NCBI GenBank assembly: GCA_943787795.1
Contig: CALSNU010000006.1
Coordinates: forward strand, 320,001 to 384,000
Direction of reading: 5' to 3'
DNA from: an uncultured bacterium
GTDB taxonomy: Bacteria > Planctomycetota > UBA1135 > GCA-002686595
Length of the DNA stretch: 64,000 bases
Under the pieces are notes generated by a model, which had not been told where the DNA came from, ran no database searches, and worked only from the letters and a program-made list of their open reading frames with translations. Made by a program: the position numbers and the translations under genes. Positions 19,850 through 30,237 of this stretch are shown here, one piece after another; position 1 is the stretch's first letter, and each line of letters opens with the position of its first letter.

Positions 19850-20647
19850 TCAGCCTCGCCGAGCCTCACGCTCGGCCCGCTTGCGCTCCCGGGCAGCGTC
19901 ACGCTTACGGTCCCCCTCCTCCTTGGCCACCTTCATGGTCACGTACATGGTGTACATGGCCATGATGCCGCCGGCCGCCACCCCGACTGACCCCAGCAGC
20001 CCGACCAGACCGAGCACGCCCAGGTCTGAGACCTGCGTCGCGGAGCCGATCGCATTCAACGAACCCGCGACGGCGGGCCCGAGGAACATCAGGGGGAAGA
20101 TGGGGTTGAACTTCCCGCCATACTCATACGCCTGGATGTGGGCGAAGGTGGCGAGCGCGAGAAACAGGGTGCCGAACTCGAGCACAGCCCGAAGCGGATA
20201 TCTGTTGCTCAGATCGAGCTCGGAGCCCTCGGGGACCGCGAAACCGATGAACGTGTCATTGCTGAAGTAGACCTCACCGAAGAAGCAGCAGACCAAGGCC
20301 GCCACAAACACCGCGAGCGAGGCGCCGACCGGTCCCATGGGGTTGATCTTCACGAGCGCCTTGCTGATGCCGCTGGCCTTCGCGCCGAAGCGCGCCTTGG
20401 CGCCATCGAAGAGCAGCCAGCCAGCGATCAGGGTCAGCACCCAGGATCCGAACCACACGCCCCAGGGCATGTGCCCCTTGGTGACGATCACCGACATCCA
20501 GGGCAGCGCCGCCCCGCACATCAGCACGACGCTGGCTTTCCTCAGCAGCAGCGGCGCCTGCTCCAGGTCGCGCTTGGGCGGCTCGCCTCCGCTCTGGCTG
20601 GTACCGCTTCCGCGGGAGGAGGTCTTGGCGTCGTTGGCGTCGGTCAT
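19850..20647 (-). CDS. hypothetical multi-pass membrane protein between prfA and prmC
   Basis: About 6 hydrophobic segments, basic C-terminal tail; codon usage consistent with neighbours. Confidence 0.75.
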   Translation of the reverse strand: MTDANDAKTSSRGSGTSQSGGEPPKRDLEQAPLLLRKASVVLMCGAALPWMSVIVTKGHMPWGVWFGSWVLTLIAGWLLFDGAKARFGAKASGISKALVKINPMGPVGASLAVFVAALVCCFFGEVYFSNDTFIGFAVPEGSELDLSNRYPLRAVLEFGTLFLALATFAHIQAYEYGGKFNPIFPLMFLGPAVAGSLNAIGSATQVSDLGVLGLVGLLGSVGVAAGGIMAMYTMYVTMKVAKEEGDRKRDAARERKRAEREARRG

Positions 20648-20733
20648 GGGTCTTGGGTGAGGCTTTCGTGGCTGGGGCTCGGCCCCCAGATGGTGTGGAG
20701 CCCGAGGACAGGTGAAACAGGATGCGGAGACCG

Positions 20734-21825
20734 TCAGAGATTCGCCAGACGCGTTCTGCGGTCCTTGTCCTCGAGGGCCTCGAGCATGGGCATCAAGCGC
20801 CCCTCGATGATCCCGTCGAGATTGAAGTTCTTCTTGTCACTGTCCTCCAGACGGTGGTCGGTCACCCGATTCTGGGGAAAGTTGTACGTCCGGACCCGGG
20901 CGTTACGGTCTCCGGTACCGACGAGGGTCCGCCTGGCCTCCGATCGCTCCGAGGCGAGCCGCTCCTCCTCCGCCTCAAGGAGGCGGCTGCGGAGGATCCG
21001 CATGGCCCGCACCTTGTTCTTGGACTGGCTCCGCTCGTCCTGGCAAACCACGACGATGCCAGACGGCACGTGAGTGATACGAACCGCGGACTCCACCTTG
21101 TTGACGTGCTGCCCCCCCGCCCCTCCCGCGCGCATGGTGTCCACGCGCAGATCCCCGTCCGAGATCTCGAGCTCCACCTCCTCCGCCTCCGGGAGCACCG
21201 CCACGGTCGCGGCCGAGGTGTGGATCCGCCCCTGGGTCTCCGTCGAGGGCACGCGCTGCACCCGGTGCCCGCCCGACTCGAAGCGCAGACGCCGCCAGGC
21301 GTTCTCCCCGGAGACGCCGAAGGTGGCCTCCTTGTATCCCCCCACCTCGCTCTCGTTCAGGCCGAGCAACTCCACCTTGAGTCGCTCCCCGTCACAGAAG
21401 CGGGTGTACATCCGGAACAGGTCCGCCGCGAAGAGCGTCGCCTCATCCCCGCCAGTGCCCGCCCGGATCTCAACGATGACCTTCCGGCGCTCGTCCGTCG
21501 GATCCGCGATGAGGGCCAGCTTGACCTGCTCATCCAGCCGATCCTCATCGACCACCAGTCCGCCCAGCTCATCCTTGGCCAGCGCGACCAGCTCGTCGTC
21601 GCTGCCGTCCTCGATGATGGTCTCGGCCTCGGAACGAGCGAGTCGAAGACGATTCAGCTCTCCAAACATCTCATGCGCCCGCTCGAGCGAACCACGCTCA
21701 CGCAGTAGAACGGCGAGCTGCCTGCCATCCGCCGCCACATCAGGGTCACCGAGCAACCCGGTGATCTCCTCGAACCGGTCGGCGCGCTGCTTGAGCTGCG
21801 CCACGAGGGCGGCGTCGAACTCCAA
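20734..21825 (-). CDS. prfA: peptide chain release factor 1
   Basis: [10 protein letters not shown] (PxT), GGQ motif, [14 protein letters not shown]. Confidence 0.97.
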   Translation of the reverse strand: MEFDAALVAQLKQRADRFEEITGLLGDPDVAADGRQLAVLLRERGSLERAHEMFGELNRLRLARSEAETIIEDGSDDELVALAKDELGGLVVDEDRLDEQVKLALIADPTDERRKVIVEIRAGTGGDEATLFAADLFRMYTRFCDGERLKVELLGLNESEVGGYKEATFGVSGENAWRRLRFESGGHRVQRVPSTETQGRIHTSAATVAVLPEAEEVELEISDGDLRVDTMRAGGAGGQHVNKVESAVRITHVPSGIVVVCQDERSQSKNKVRAMRILRSRLLEAEEERLASERSEARRTLVGTGDRNARVRTYNFPQNRVTDHRLEDSDKKNFNLDGIIEGRLMPMLEALEDKDRRTRLANL

Positions 21826-21885
21826 GATGTCCCTGGCAGAACCCTTGCGAACGTCAGGCGGCGGCGAACGACCGCCGCTCCGAGC

Positions 21886-22095
21886 TCACTTCTGACCCTT
21901 CTTGGCGAACTTGCGCTTGAAGCGGTCCACGCGGCCGGCCGCGTCGACGAACTTCTGGTTGCCCGTGTAGAAGGGGTGGCAGACGCTGCAGATCTCGATC
22001 TTCAGCTCCTTCACGGTGGCGCGGGTCTGGAACTCGTTGCCGCAACCGCAGCGAACGGAGCAGTCGACGTAGTTGGGGTGGATGCTGGTCTTCAT
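21886..22095 (-). CDS. rpmE: 50S ribosomal protein L31 (Zn-binding type)
   Basis: MKTSIHPNY, CxC, CxxCHPFYTG, GRVDRF. Confidence 0.95.
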   Translation of the reverse strand: MKTSIHPNYVDCSVRCGCGNEFQTRATVKELKIEICSVCHPFYTGNQKFVDAAGRVDRFKRKFAKKGQK

Positions 22096-22185
22096 GATGT
22101 TGGTATCCGTCTCGGCGCGCCGTCGTGGCGGCGCGGCCCGGATTCGGGCCAGAAGGATAGTCTCCTCGGCCCGGGCATGCACGCC

Positions 22186-22833
22186 TCAGGCGCTGGAACC
22201 CACAATCAAGGTGGGATCTATGCCGAGGAGCAGCTCAAGGGTGAGGCGCACAGGCAGCCCCACGACGTTGTCGAAACCGCCCCCCTCGAGGCGTACCACG
22301 AATCGGTCTGCGGTCTCCTGGATCGCGTAGGCACCCGCCTTGCCCACCCATTCACCGCTGGCCACGTAGGCCGCCACCTCTGCGGCGCTCAGGGTGCGCA
22401 TGGTCACCCAGGTCACCTCGTGGACCGCCCGCCAGGCTCCGGTACGAGCATCCACAAGGGCCACCCCCGTGATGACCCGGTGACGGGTCCCGGAGAGCGC
22501 AGCGAGCATCGAGGAGGCCTCCTCGGCGTCGGCCGCCTTCTCCAGAAAGCGGCGCCCAGCCGTGCCGTCTTCTCCGAGCACGACCACCGTGTCCGAGCCG
22601 AGCACGAGGGCGTCATCGCACCCTTCACGTGCCGCGACCGAGCGGGCCTTGCGGAGCGCCAGGTCCTCAGCCACGCCCCCGGCCGGGAGGGCCAGGTCCA
22701 TGGATTCATCCACGTCGGCGGGAACGATCCGGAACTCAAGGCCGGCCTCGGCCAGGAGCCGATGCCGCCGCGGCGAAGCGGAGGCCAGGACGAGTTCCCG
22801 ACCGCTCGCTGAGCTCCGAGCGCTCCCGGACAC
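22186..22833 (-). CDS. maf: Maf family nucleotide pyrophosphatase
   Basis: LASASPRR, GSDTVV, KAGAYAIQ, NVVGLP. Confidence 0.93.
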   Translation of the reverse strand: MSGSARSSASGRELVLASASPRRHRLLAEAGLEFRIVPADVDESMDLALPAGGVAEDLALRKARSVAAREGCDDALVLGSDTVVVLGEDGTAGRRFLEKAADAEEASSMLAALSGTRHRVITGVALVDARTGAWRAVHEVTWVTMRTLSAAEVAAYVASGEWVGKAGAYAIQETADRFVVRLEGGGFDNVVGLPVRLTLELLLGIDPTLIVGSSA

Positions 22834-22836
22834 AGG

Positions 22837-24215
22837 TCAGCGGCGCCGGGTGGACGACTTCTTCGAAGCCTTCTTCTTGGCCGCGGGCTTCTTCCGCGAG
22901 GCAGCCTTCTTGGCCACCGGCTTCTTCTTGGCAGCAGGCTTCTTGGCGGCAGGCTTCTTGGCTGCAGCCTTCTTTGCAGCCGGCTTCTTCTTGGAGGCGG
23001 CCTTCTTAGCAGCCGGCTTCTTCTTGGCAGCGGGCTTCTTCTTGGCGGCCGGCTTCTTCTTGGCGGCCGGTTTCTTCTTGGCGGCCGGTTTCTTCTTGGC
23101 GGCGGCCTTCTTGGCGTGCGCGGCTTCTTCTTGGCGGCGGCCTTCTTGGCGGCGGCGGCCTTCTTGGCGGCGGCCTTCTTGTCAGCAGCCTTTTTCGCAG
23201 CCGCCTTCTTGGCAGCAGCCTTCTTCTCGGCGGCCTTCTTGGCGGCAATCTTCTTGGCGGCGACCTGCTTCCTCGCGGCCTCCTTCTTGCGAGCCACCTC
23301 GGCGCGCCTTGCCTCAGCCTCCTTTCGCTTGGCGTCAGCAGCGGCGGCCTTCGCCCGCGCGGCAGCGAGCTTCTTCTCCTCAGCCGCGCGCTTGCGCTCA
23401 AGCTCGCGGGTGCGCTTCTTGGCCTCGGCCTCGACGCGCTTCCGCTCGCGCTCATCCTCCTTGCGAACCCGCTCCTCTTCGCGCTTGCGCGCCGCCTCTG
23501 CCTTCGCCAGGGCAGCGGAACGGTCCTTGAAGGACTTCTTGCCGTAGTCCGTCGCCTGGAGGCACGGGACGGTCATGTAGATGGGAGCTGTCTCATCCTC
23601 CCAGCGCTCGAGGACCTCGTGAATCGCCAGGGTGAACTCAAGCTCCTTCCCCTTGCCCACGAGACCGTCCACGGAGACGCGGGCCTTTTTGAGCGAGGTG
23701 GTCTTGGGGATGAGCCCGAGGCGGTCCAGGAGCTTGATCAGGGGGAGATGGACCGGCACCTGACCGTCCGAGGCCAGGAACATCAGGTAGGAGGCGCCCG
23801 CGTGGCCCAGGACCTGGAGGCTCATGCCCGCCTTGCCCGCTGTCTGGGGCTCCTCACGAAGCTCCTCGAGGTCCAGCGCGTCGGTCTCCTGGAAGACGTC
23901 CTGCAGGTACTCCTTCAGGGCCATGGCGGCCTCTCGGCGGTCATGCAACAGCGCGACCCCCTTCTTCCGCCCGCCGTGCCGCAGGAACTCGGAGATCTCC
24001 TGGGCCTGGCACACACGGACCTCGTTCCAATCCTCAAACGCACCCTTGAGCGCCTTGACGGACTGTTCGGCCTGCTTCTGCGTCATGTGCCGGAGGAGCA
24101 CGATGACGGCACCCTGCTCGAGCAGGTTGAGGCCTTCGGTGGGACCGCTCGGCATCGGATGCCTGAGCTTCACTTCCTTGATCAGCGCGGCGACGAGGTC
24201 TGACTTCTTGCTCAC
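22837..24215 (-). CDS. endonuclease III (HhH-GPD)-like domain + coiled coil + histone H1-like AAKKKP tail; apparent frameshift near 23118
   Basis: FEDWNEVRV, LDLEEL, RLGLIP; K/A/P-rich tail continues in another frame to TGA at 22837, just before the maf start. Confidence 0.7.
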
Positions 24216-24374
24216 GGCGGTGGTCTGTGGGAGGGAGCGCAACCGCGCTCACAGGGGGGCGTGCCAGGTCAGCGGATCAGCGCTGGACAGAAACGGACCG
24301 CGCCGGGGGAGGCCGGGCGGTCCGCGGTGAATGATGGGCGCGGCTGAAGCTCCTTCAGCGACGCACTGGGGCGA

Positions 24375-24812
24375 TCACTCGTCGCCCGATTCGGCGGCAG
24401 CAGCGGCGGCCGCCTTCTTGGCCGCGATACGGCCGTCGCGCCGGGTCGACTTGCGGTCAGCGCGAGCGGCCTTGTCGGCCGAGCGCTGGGTGCCCGTCGC
24501 CGTGGTCTTCTTGCGCCCGGGACGCTTGCGCGGCTTGTGCTTGGCGGCGAGCGCGAACTCGCCGGTGAAGACGCCCTGACGCTTGAAGATGGAGCTGACG
24601 GTCTCGCTCGGGGTGGCGCCTTCGCTGAGCCAGTGCTGTGCACGCTCCACGTTAAGGGTCACCTGGCGCTCCTTGTCACCGGCGATCGGGTCGTAGAGAC
24701 CGATCGTTTCAAGGACACGACCATCCCGAGGGAATCGCGAGTCCGCGACGGAGATGCGGTAGCAGGGTCGGTTACGGCGACCCGTGCGCTTCATTCTGAT
24801 GACGACGGCCAT
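24375..24812 (-). CDS. rpsP: 30S ribosomal protein S16 with basic C-terminal extension
   Basis: MAVVIRMKRTGR, DSRFPRDGR, GATPSETV. Confidence 0.95.
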   Translation of the reverse strand: MAVVIRMKRTGRRNRPCYRISVADSRFPRDGRVLETIGLYDPIAGDKERQVTLNVERAQHWLSEGATPSETVSSIFKRQGVFTGEFALAAKHKPRKRPGRKKTTATGTQRSADKAARADRKSTRRDGRIAAKKAAAAAAAESGDE

Positions 24813-25120
24813 GTTCTTGACTCTGGACAGCGACTCTCGCCGCCGTGCTGGGTGGAACTCGGTTTCCGTTGAGGAGGAGGATTTGCCCCGTAGGCGGGGC
24901 GCGTTCGTGACTCACGACCCGCCGAGGTGGCGGATCATGCTGAATAAAAGGACCGGGAGGAGCACTCCTAAAGGGCGGGAGATGCCGGGATCAGCGGGGG
25001 CGGGGTGCCGATCGACCAGCACGGAGCGCTCCTCCAGAATCCAAGGGGAAGAGGACACCCGAGTGGAGAGCCCCTGTCCAGCATCCTGGCGTGCTTTTTT
25101 TTGTCGAAGCCCCCGCAGGC

Positions 25121-26713
25121 TCAGCGCTTCTTGCGGTTCTTCCGCTTCTGCTTGGTCTTCGCCTTGTCCTTCTTGCGGTCTCGGCCCTTGGTGGTTGCCC
25201 GCGTGGAGGAGCTCCCCATGGGCCGCGGACCGGCCATCGGATTCGCGGCGCCCATCATGTCCGACATATCGGGCATGCCGGCCCCGCCGCCGCCCCCCAG
25301 GAGGCCGCCCAGGCCCCCCAGAATGCCGCCACCCTTGCCCGCCGAGGGGTCGGCCATGGCTCCAGACGGGGACAGACTCGCCAGGCTCTCTCGCTTGGCC
25401 TTCCCCCCGAGCATGGACCCAAGGCCCATCTTGTTGAGCTGCTTCATCATGCGTCGCATGTCCTTGAAGCGCTTCAACAGCTCGTTCACGGCCCCGATGT
25501 CCTGGCCCGCGCCCCGCGCGACCCTGCGCCGCCGGCTCATGTCCAGCACCTCGGGCTCCAAGCGCTCCTTGCGGGTCATGGAGGTGAACAGCGCCTCAAG
25601 GCGGTTCAGCTGGCCGTCATCGATGTCGAGGTCCTTCGCGGCCTGCCCCATCCCGGGCATCATCCCGAGGACCTTCTTCATCGGGCCCATCTTCCTCACC
25701 ATCCGGAACATGCCGAGCATGTCCTCGAGGGTGAAGGAGCCCATGACCATCTTCTCGTAGCTGGCCTGAGCCTCATCCTCGTCGATGTTCTGCTGCGCGG
25801 TCTCCACGAGCCCGACCACGTCCCCCATTCCGAGGATCCGGCCAGCCATCCGCTCTGCGACGAACGGGTCGAGGTCGTCGACCTTCTCCCCTGCACCGAG
25901 GAAGAGGATCGGCGCCCCGGTGACCTCCTTGAGGCTCACCGCCGCGCCGCCGCGCGCGTCGCCGTCCATCTTGGTGAGGATGACGCCGGTCAACGAGAGA
26001 CGCTCGTGGAAGGCCTTGGCGGACTGGACCGCGTCCTGGCCCGTCATGGCATCGACCACGAGGACCTGGTTGTGCGGACGGGTGGTGGCCGCGATCTCGG
26101 CCACCTCATCCATGAGCATCTCGTCCACGTGGAGGCGGCCCGCGGTATCGAGGATCACCACGTCGCAGCCCTTGGCCGCGGCTTCAGCCACGCCGGCCTC
26201 ACACACCCGTGGCGGCGCGGCGCCCTCGAGATGGAAGACCGGGATGTCGAGCGATCGGCCGAGGACGCGCAGCTGTTCCACCGCCGCGGGCCGCTTCACA
26301 TCGGCGGCGACCATCATCGGGCGCTTGCCGTGCCGGTCCCGCAGGTGCTTGGCGAGCTTGGCGCAGGTGGTGGTCTTGCCGGCGCCCTGAAGGCCGGCCA
26401 TCAGGATCACCGTGGGCCCCGACTTGGCGACCTCCAGGGTCGCGTCCTCCGGACCCATCAGCTCGACGAGCTCGGCGTGGACCGCGTGGACGAACTGGTC
26501 CGAGGCCTCCACGCCCTTCAGGCGGCCCTCTCCGAGGGCCCGGGCCTTCACGCGATCCGTGAAGTCCCGCGCCAGCTTGAAGTGAACGTCAGCCTCGAGG
26601 AGCGCCTGCCGCACCGCGGCGAGGCCCTCGTCAATATTCCCCTCAGTCAGCTCCTTCTTGCTCTTGAAGAACGAAAAGGAACTCCCGAGGCGCTCAGTCA
26701 GGGTCTCGAACAT
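25121..26713 (-). CDS. ffh: signal recognition particle protein
   Basis: GLQGAGKTT, DTAGR, TKMDGDARGG, Met-rich M domain. Confidence 0.97.
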   Translation of the reverse strand: MFETLTERLGSSFSFFKSKKELTEGNIDEGLAAVRQALLEADVHFKLARDFTDRVKARALGEGRLKGVEASDQFVHAVHAELVELMGPEDATLEVAKSGPTVILMAGLQGAGKTTTCAKLAKHLRDRHGKRPMMVAADVKRPAAVEQLRVLGRSLDIPVFHLEGAAPPRVCEAGVAEAAAKGCDVVILDTAGRLHVDEMLMDEVAEIAATTRPHNQVLVVDAMTGQDAVQSAKAFHERLSLTGVILTKMDGDARGGAAVSLKEVTGAPILFLGAGEKVDDLDPFVAERMAGRILGMGDVVGLVETAQQNIDEDEAQASYEKMVMGSFTLEDMLGMFRMVRKMGPMKKVLGMMPGMGQAAKDLDIDDGQLNRLEALFTSMTRKERLEPEVLDMSRRRRVARGAGQDIGAVNELLKRFKDMRRMMKQLNKMGLGSMLGGKAKRESLASLSPSGAMADPSAGKGGGILGGLGGLLGGGGGAGMPDMSDMMGAANPMAGPRPMGSSSTRATTKGRDRKKDKAKTKQKRKNRKKR

Positions 26714-26769
26714 GCCGGGGTTCTAGCACATGCCGGGCCCAGCGGGGCGCGCTGGGGCACCGGCAACCG

Positions 26770-28053
26770 TCATTCTGACACGCGGCGGATCGCGGCGCCG
26801 ATCGAGGCGAGCCGATCCTCAATGCGCTCATACCCGCGATCGATGTGGTAGACGCGGTGGACCTCCGTGGTCCCGCGGGCCACGAGACCGGCCATCACCA
26901 GCGCCGCAGAGGCTCGGAGGTCGGAGGCCATGACCGGGGCTCCGGAGAGCTCGGGGGTGCCGCGCACCACCACCGCTGTGTTCTGACGTCGCACGTTGGC
27001 ACCCAGGCGGCTGAGCTCGGGGACGTGCATGTACCGGTCCGGAAAGATCCGTTCCGTGATGATGCTCAGCCCGTCGGCCTTCGTCATCAGGGCCATCCAC
27101 TGGGCCTGGAGATCAGTGGGGAAACCCGGGTAGGCGTGGGTGGTGACGTCGGTGGAGCGCGGCGGGGTGTCGGCCACGTCGTAGGCCTGCACCTCGATCC
27201 AGTCCTCGCCGACCTCGAACGGCACGCGTGCCTCGTTCATGTGGTCGAGGAGCGCGCCGAGGTGTGTAGGCTGACAGTCGGCCACCCTCACCTGCGCCCC
27301 CGCGAGCGCCCCCGCCAGCACGTAGGTGCCGGCCTCGATCCTGTCTGGAATCACGTCGTGGGTGGCCCCGTGGAGTTCGTCCACCCCTTCGATGGTCAGC
27401 ATGGGCGACCCCTGTCCGGAGATCTTCGCCCCCATGGCGACCAGCGCGTCACAGAGGTCGATGACCTCCGGCTCGCAGGCCGCGCTCTCGATGACCGTGG
27501 TCCCCCTCGCCAGGGTGGCTGCCATGACCACGTTGGCCGTCCCCAGCACGCTCGGCCCGTTCGCAGACCCGAGGAAGACCCGGGCGCCGCGTAGGCCGCC
27601 GGGGGGCGCCTCCGCCACGACGAAGCCGTGCTCGATCCGGACCTTGGCTCCGAGGGCGCACAGCCCCTTGAGGTGGATGTCGATGGGCCGGACACCGAAG
27701 TTGCAGCCCCCGGGCAGGCTCACCTCGGCCCGCCCAAGGCGCGCCAGCAGCGGCCCCAGGACGCAGACCGAGGCCCGCATCTTGCGGACCGCCTCCCAGG
27801 TGGCGCGCCCTGTGATGTCCCCCTCCGCGCAGATGTGGACGGTGCCGTTCGCGTCCTGCTCGGCCTCCGCGCCCAGATCCCGGATGATCCCCAGCATGGT
27901 CGAAACGTCGGCCAGGCGCGGCGCGCGGGTCAGCGTCACGGGCTCCCGCGAGAGCAGGGAAGCGGCGAGGATGGGCAGCACGGCGTTCTTTGAGCCGGCG
28001 GTGCGAATCGTCCCCTCGAGCGTGTGGCCGCCCTCGATGATCAGTTTGTCCAT
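26770..28053 (-). CDS. murA: UDP-N-acetylglucosamine 1-carboxyvinyltransferase
   Basis: GSKNAVLP, MRASV, LPGGCNFGVRP, PGFPTDLQ, DLRASA, HIDRGY. Confidence 0.97.
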   Translation of the reverse strand: MDKLIIEGGHTLEGTIRTAGSKNAVLPILAASLLSREPVTLTRAPRLADVSTMLGIIRDLGAEAEQDANGTVHICAEGDITGRATWEAVRKMRASVCVLGPLLARLGRAEVSLPGGCNFGVRPIDIHLKGLCALGAKVRIEHGFVVAEAPPGGLRGARVFLGSANGPSVLGTANVVMAATLARGTTVIESAACEPEVIDLCDALVAMGAKISGQGSPMLTIEGVDELHGATHDVIPDRIEAGTYVLAGALAGAQVRVADCQPTHLGALLDHMNEARVPFEVGEDWIEVQAYDVADTPPRSTDVTTHAYPGFPTDLQAQWMALMTKADGLSIITERIFPDRYMHVPELSRLGANVRRQNTAVVVRGTPELSGAPVMASDLRASAALVMAGLVARGTTEVHRVYHIDRGYERIEDRLASIGAAIRRVSE

Positions 28054-28572
28054 GGTCCCCCTGAAGTCGCCTGGGCCGGCAGGGCCGGTGGCGTGGTACC
28101 CGGTTGAGCCCGCCTGGCGGGCCCCCGGAGGCCGATCGGGGCCTCTCGGCCCCGCGGTTGCGGGCGTCTACGGAACGCCCTCGGCTTGTGGTGCGGTGGT
28201 GCCCGGACCCCCCTCGGACCCGGACGACCCAGAGCGTAGCTACATGGTGGGGCCGGATCCAAGGCCCCGTCGAGGGACTCCTCCCTCGGGGAATTCCTCC
28301 GGGTGGACCGCCGAGAGGCCGCCGGCCGGTCAACGGGCAAGCTTGAGGCGCAGACCCGCCAGAAGCGCAGACCAGAAGGGCGCCCAGAAGAGCCCTCAGA
28401 AGCCCCCTCGGTGTTGACGCCGCGCCCCCCCGGCACCTATCCTCTTGCGCTTGCTCGCGGCGATTCAGAGTCCCTGGAACCACCAGGGGCCGTCACCGCA
28501 GCGCCGCCGGGTGCCGCCCCGGCCTCCCTCAAGACGACACCAACGCCTCGCCGCGAATCCGCCGGCGATGAC

Positions 28573-30219
28573 ATGGATCAAATGGATAACCAAGACGTGA
28601 GCCCCGAGCAGCCCGGCGCCAACGAGCATCAGCCCGCGGTGCAGCCCACCGCCGAGCAGCCCACCGCCGAGCAGCCGGCCGCCGAGCAGCCGATCGCCGT
28701 GCCCCATCACGACGGAGCCGAGTCCGTGGCGCACGATGCCGTCCAGCACGATGCCATGCATCAGGGCGACGGGCACCACGCCGGCGCAGCCGATCCCGAC
28801 GCTGCGCACGCGGGAACCGAGAGCCTGCCGGAGCCCATGGAGGCCTACCACTCCCCCGAGCCCGAAGAGGAAGAGGAGCTCGAGCCGGTCTCGGCCCACG
28901 CCCCCTTCGACCTTCTCGAGGACGAAATCCCGAGCTTTGGCGCGCTGCTCGCCGCTCGGCCTTCTGTCTTCGAGACGCCCAAGACCTTCGACAGCTTCAA
29001 CCGCAAGGTCGATGGGCTTGAGGCCACAGGTGAGACGGGCCGCCGCCGCGCGCTCGGCCTCTGGATGCTCGGTCGCTACGACGAGGCCGCCGAGGCCCTC
29101 GCAGCCTTCGAGGACGACGACGTGGCCTGCTACACGCGGGGCCGCTCGCTGGTGTCGGCTGGCCGCGCCGCCGAGGCCGTCGCCATCTTCAATGCGCTGA
29201 GCAGCAAGTACCCCGAGGAGTCGCGCCCGCTGGGCGACATGCTCGACGCGCAGCTCGACGCCAACCTCAGCTCAGGTGACGTCGAGTCGGCCATCGCCGC
29301 CACGGAACAAGCGGTTTCGGACCAGTCCGAGGCCTTCCGCTCCAGCGCCGAGGGCCTGCACCTGCTCGGACGCCTGGCTGAGCTCTCCGGGAACTACACC
29401 CAGGCCATCGAGCACTTCGTGGCCTCGCGCGGGGCAGATCCGACGCACCGCCGGAACCTCTTCCGCCTCGCCTACCTCTCGGAGCGCGTCGGGCAGGAGC
29501 AGCTCGCCCTCGATGCGTACGAGACCCTCGCCACCATGCTCCCCGTCGACCGAGCGGTCATGGTGAACCTCGGGGTCCTGTACGAGGACCTCGGTCAGGA
29601 CCAGGACGCCGCCGCGTGCTACGACACGATCGTCCGCACGGACCGCACCGACCGCTTCGCGCGCCTGTACCTGAAGGACGCCAAGGCGGGCATGTCGATG
29701 TTCTACGACGAGGATCTCGAGAAGAAGGAGGACCGCCTCAACCAGATCCTCCGCATCCCCATCACCGACTTTGAGCTGTCCGTCCGGGCCCGCAACTGCC
29801 TGAACAAGATGGACATCATGACCCTGGGCGACCTGGTCAAGAAGACGGAGTCCGAGCTCCTCAGCTACAAGAACTTCGGCGAGACCTCGCTCACCGAGAT
29901 CAAGGAGATCCTCGCCAGCAAGGGGCTGCGCCTCGGCATGGCTCGCGAAGAGGCCGTGGCAAGCATCGCCAAGGCCCGCACGGCCCAGGAGGGTCGCGAC
30001 CTCGACCCGAACGATCCGCGCAACAAGCCGATCTCCGACCTGAAGCTCTCGATCCGCGCGCGGCGCACCGTCGAGAACATCGGCTGCCTCACCCTCGGGG
30101 ATGTCACCGCGCACTCCGAAGAGGAGCTGCTCGGCATGCCCAACTTCGGGGTCACCTCGTTGCTCGAGTTGCGGAACCGCCTCGCGGAGTACAGCCTCAC
30201 CCTCAAGGGCGAGGACTGA
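28573..30219 (+). CDS. TPR-repeat protein with two RNA polymerase alpha C-terminal-like domains
   Basis: NLGVLYED TPR; ELSVRARNCL..LLSYKNFGETSLTEI and LSIRARR..LLGMPNFGVTSL; acidic His-rich N-terminus. Confidence 0.85.
   Translation: MDQMDNQDVSPEQPGANEHQPAVQPTAEQPTAEQPAAEQPIAVPHHDGAESVAHDAVQHDAMHQGDGHHAGAADPDAAHAGTESLPEPMEAYHSPEPEEEEELEPVSAHAPFDLLEDEIPSFGALLAARPSVFETPKTFDSFNRKVDGLEATGETGRRRALGLWMLGRYDEAAEALAAFEDDDVACYTRGRSLVSAGRAAEAVAIFNALSSKYPEESRPLGDMLDAQLDANLSSGDVESAIAATEQAVSDQSEAFRSSAEGLHLLGRLAELSGNYTQAIEHFVASRGADPTHRRNLFRLAYLSERVGQEQLALDAYETLATMLPVDRAVMVNLGVLYEDLGQDQDAAACYDTIVRTDRTDRFARLYLKDAKAGMSMFYDEDLEKKEDRLNQILRIPITDFELSVRARNCLNKMDIMTLGDLVKKTESELLSYKNFGETSLTEIKEILASKGLRLGMAREEAVASIAKARTAQEGRDLDPNDPRNKPISDLKLSIRARRTVENIGCLTLGDVTAHSEEELLGMPNFGVTSLLELRNRLAEYSLTLKGED
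28641..28692 (+). repeat. in-frame 15-bp repeat (QPTAE/QPAAE)
   Basis: cagcccaccgccgag x2, cagccggccgccgag. Confidence 0.75.
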
Positions 30220-30237
30220 GCTGAGGCTGATCGACGC

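Noticed and set aside
19820..19852. UGA before prmC as a selenocysteine codon
   Set aside because: No convincing SECIS hairpin downstream and the position is a linker, not a catalytic Cys site.
22413..23115. Arg/Pro-rich C-terminus of the 609-aa ORF and antisense FLAAGF ORFs
   Set aside because: Products of the frame break and the reverse strand of the Lys-rich repeat.
24813..25120. SRP RNA or other ncRNA between ffh and rpsP
   Set aside because: No SRP domain IV signature seen; only a weak hairpin and T8 run.
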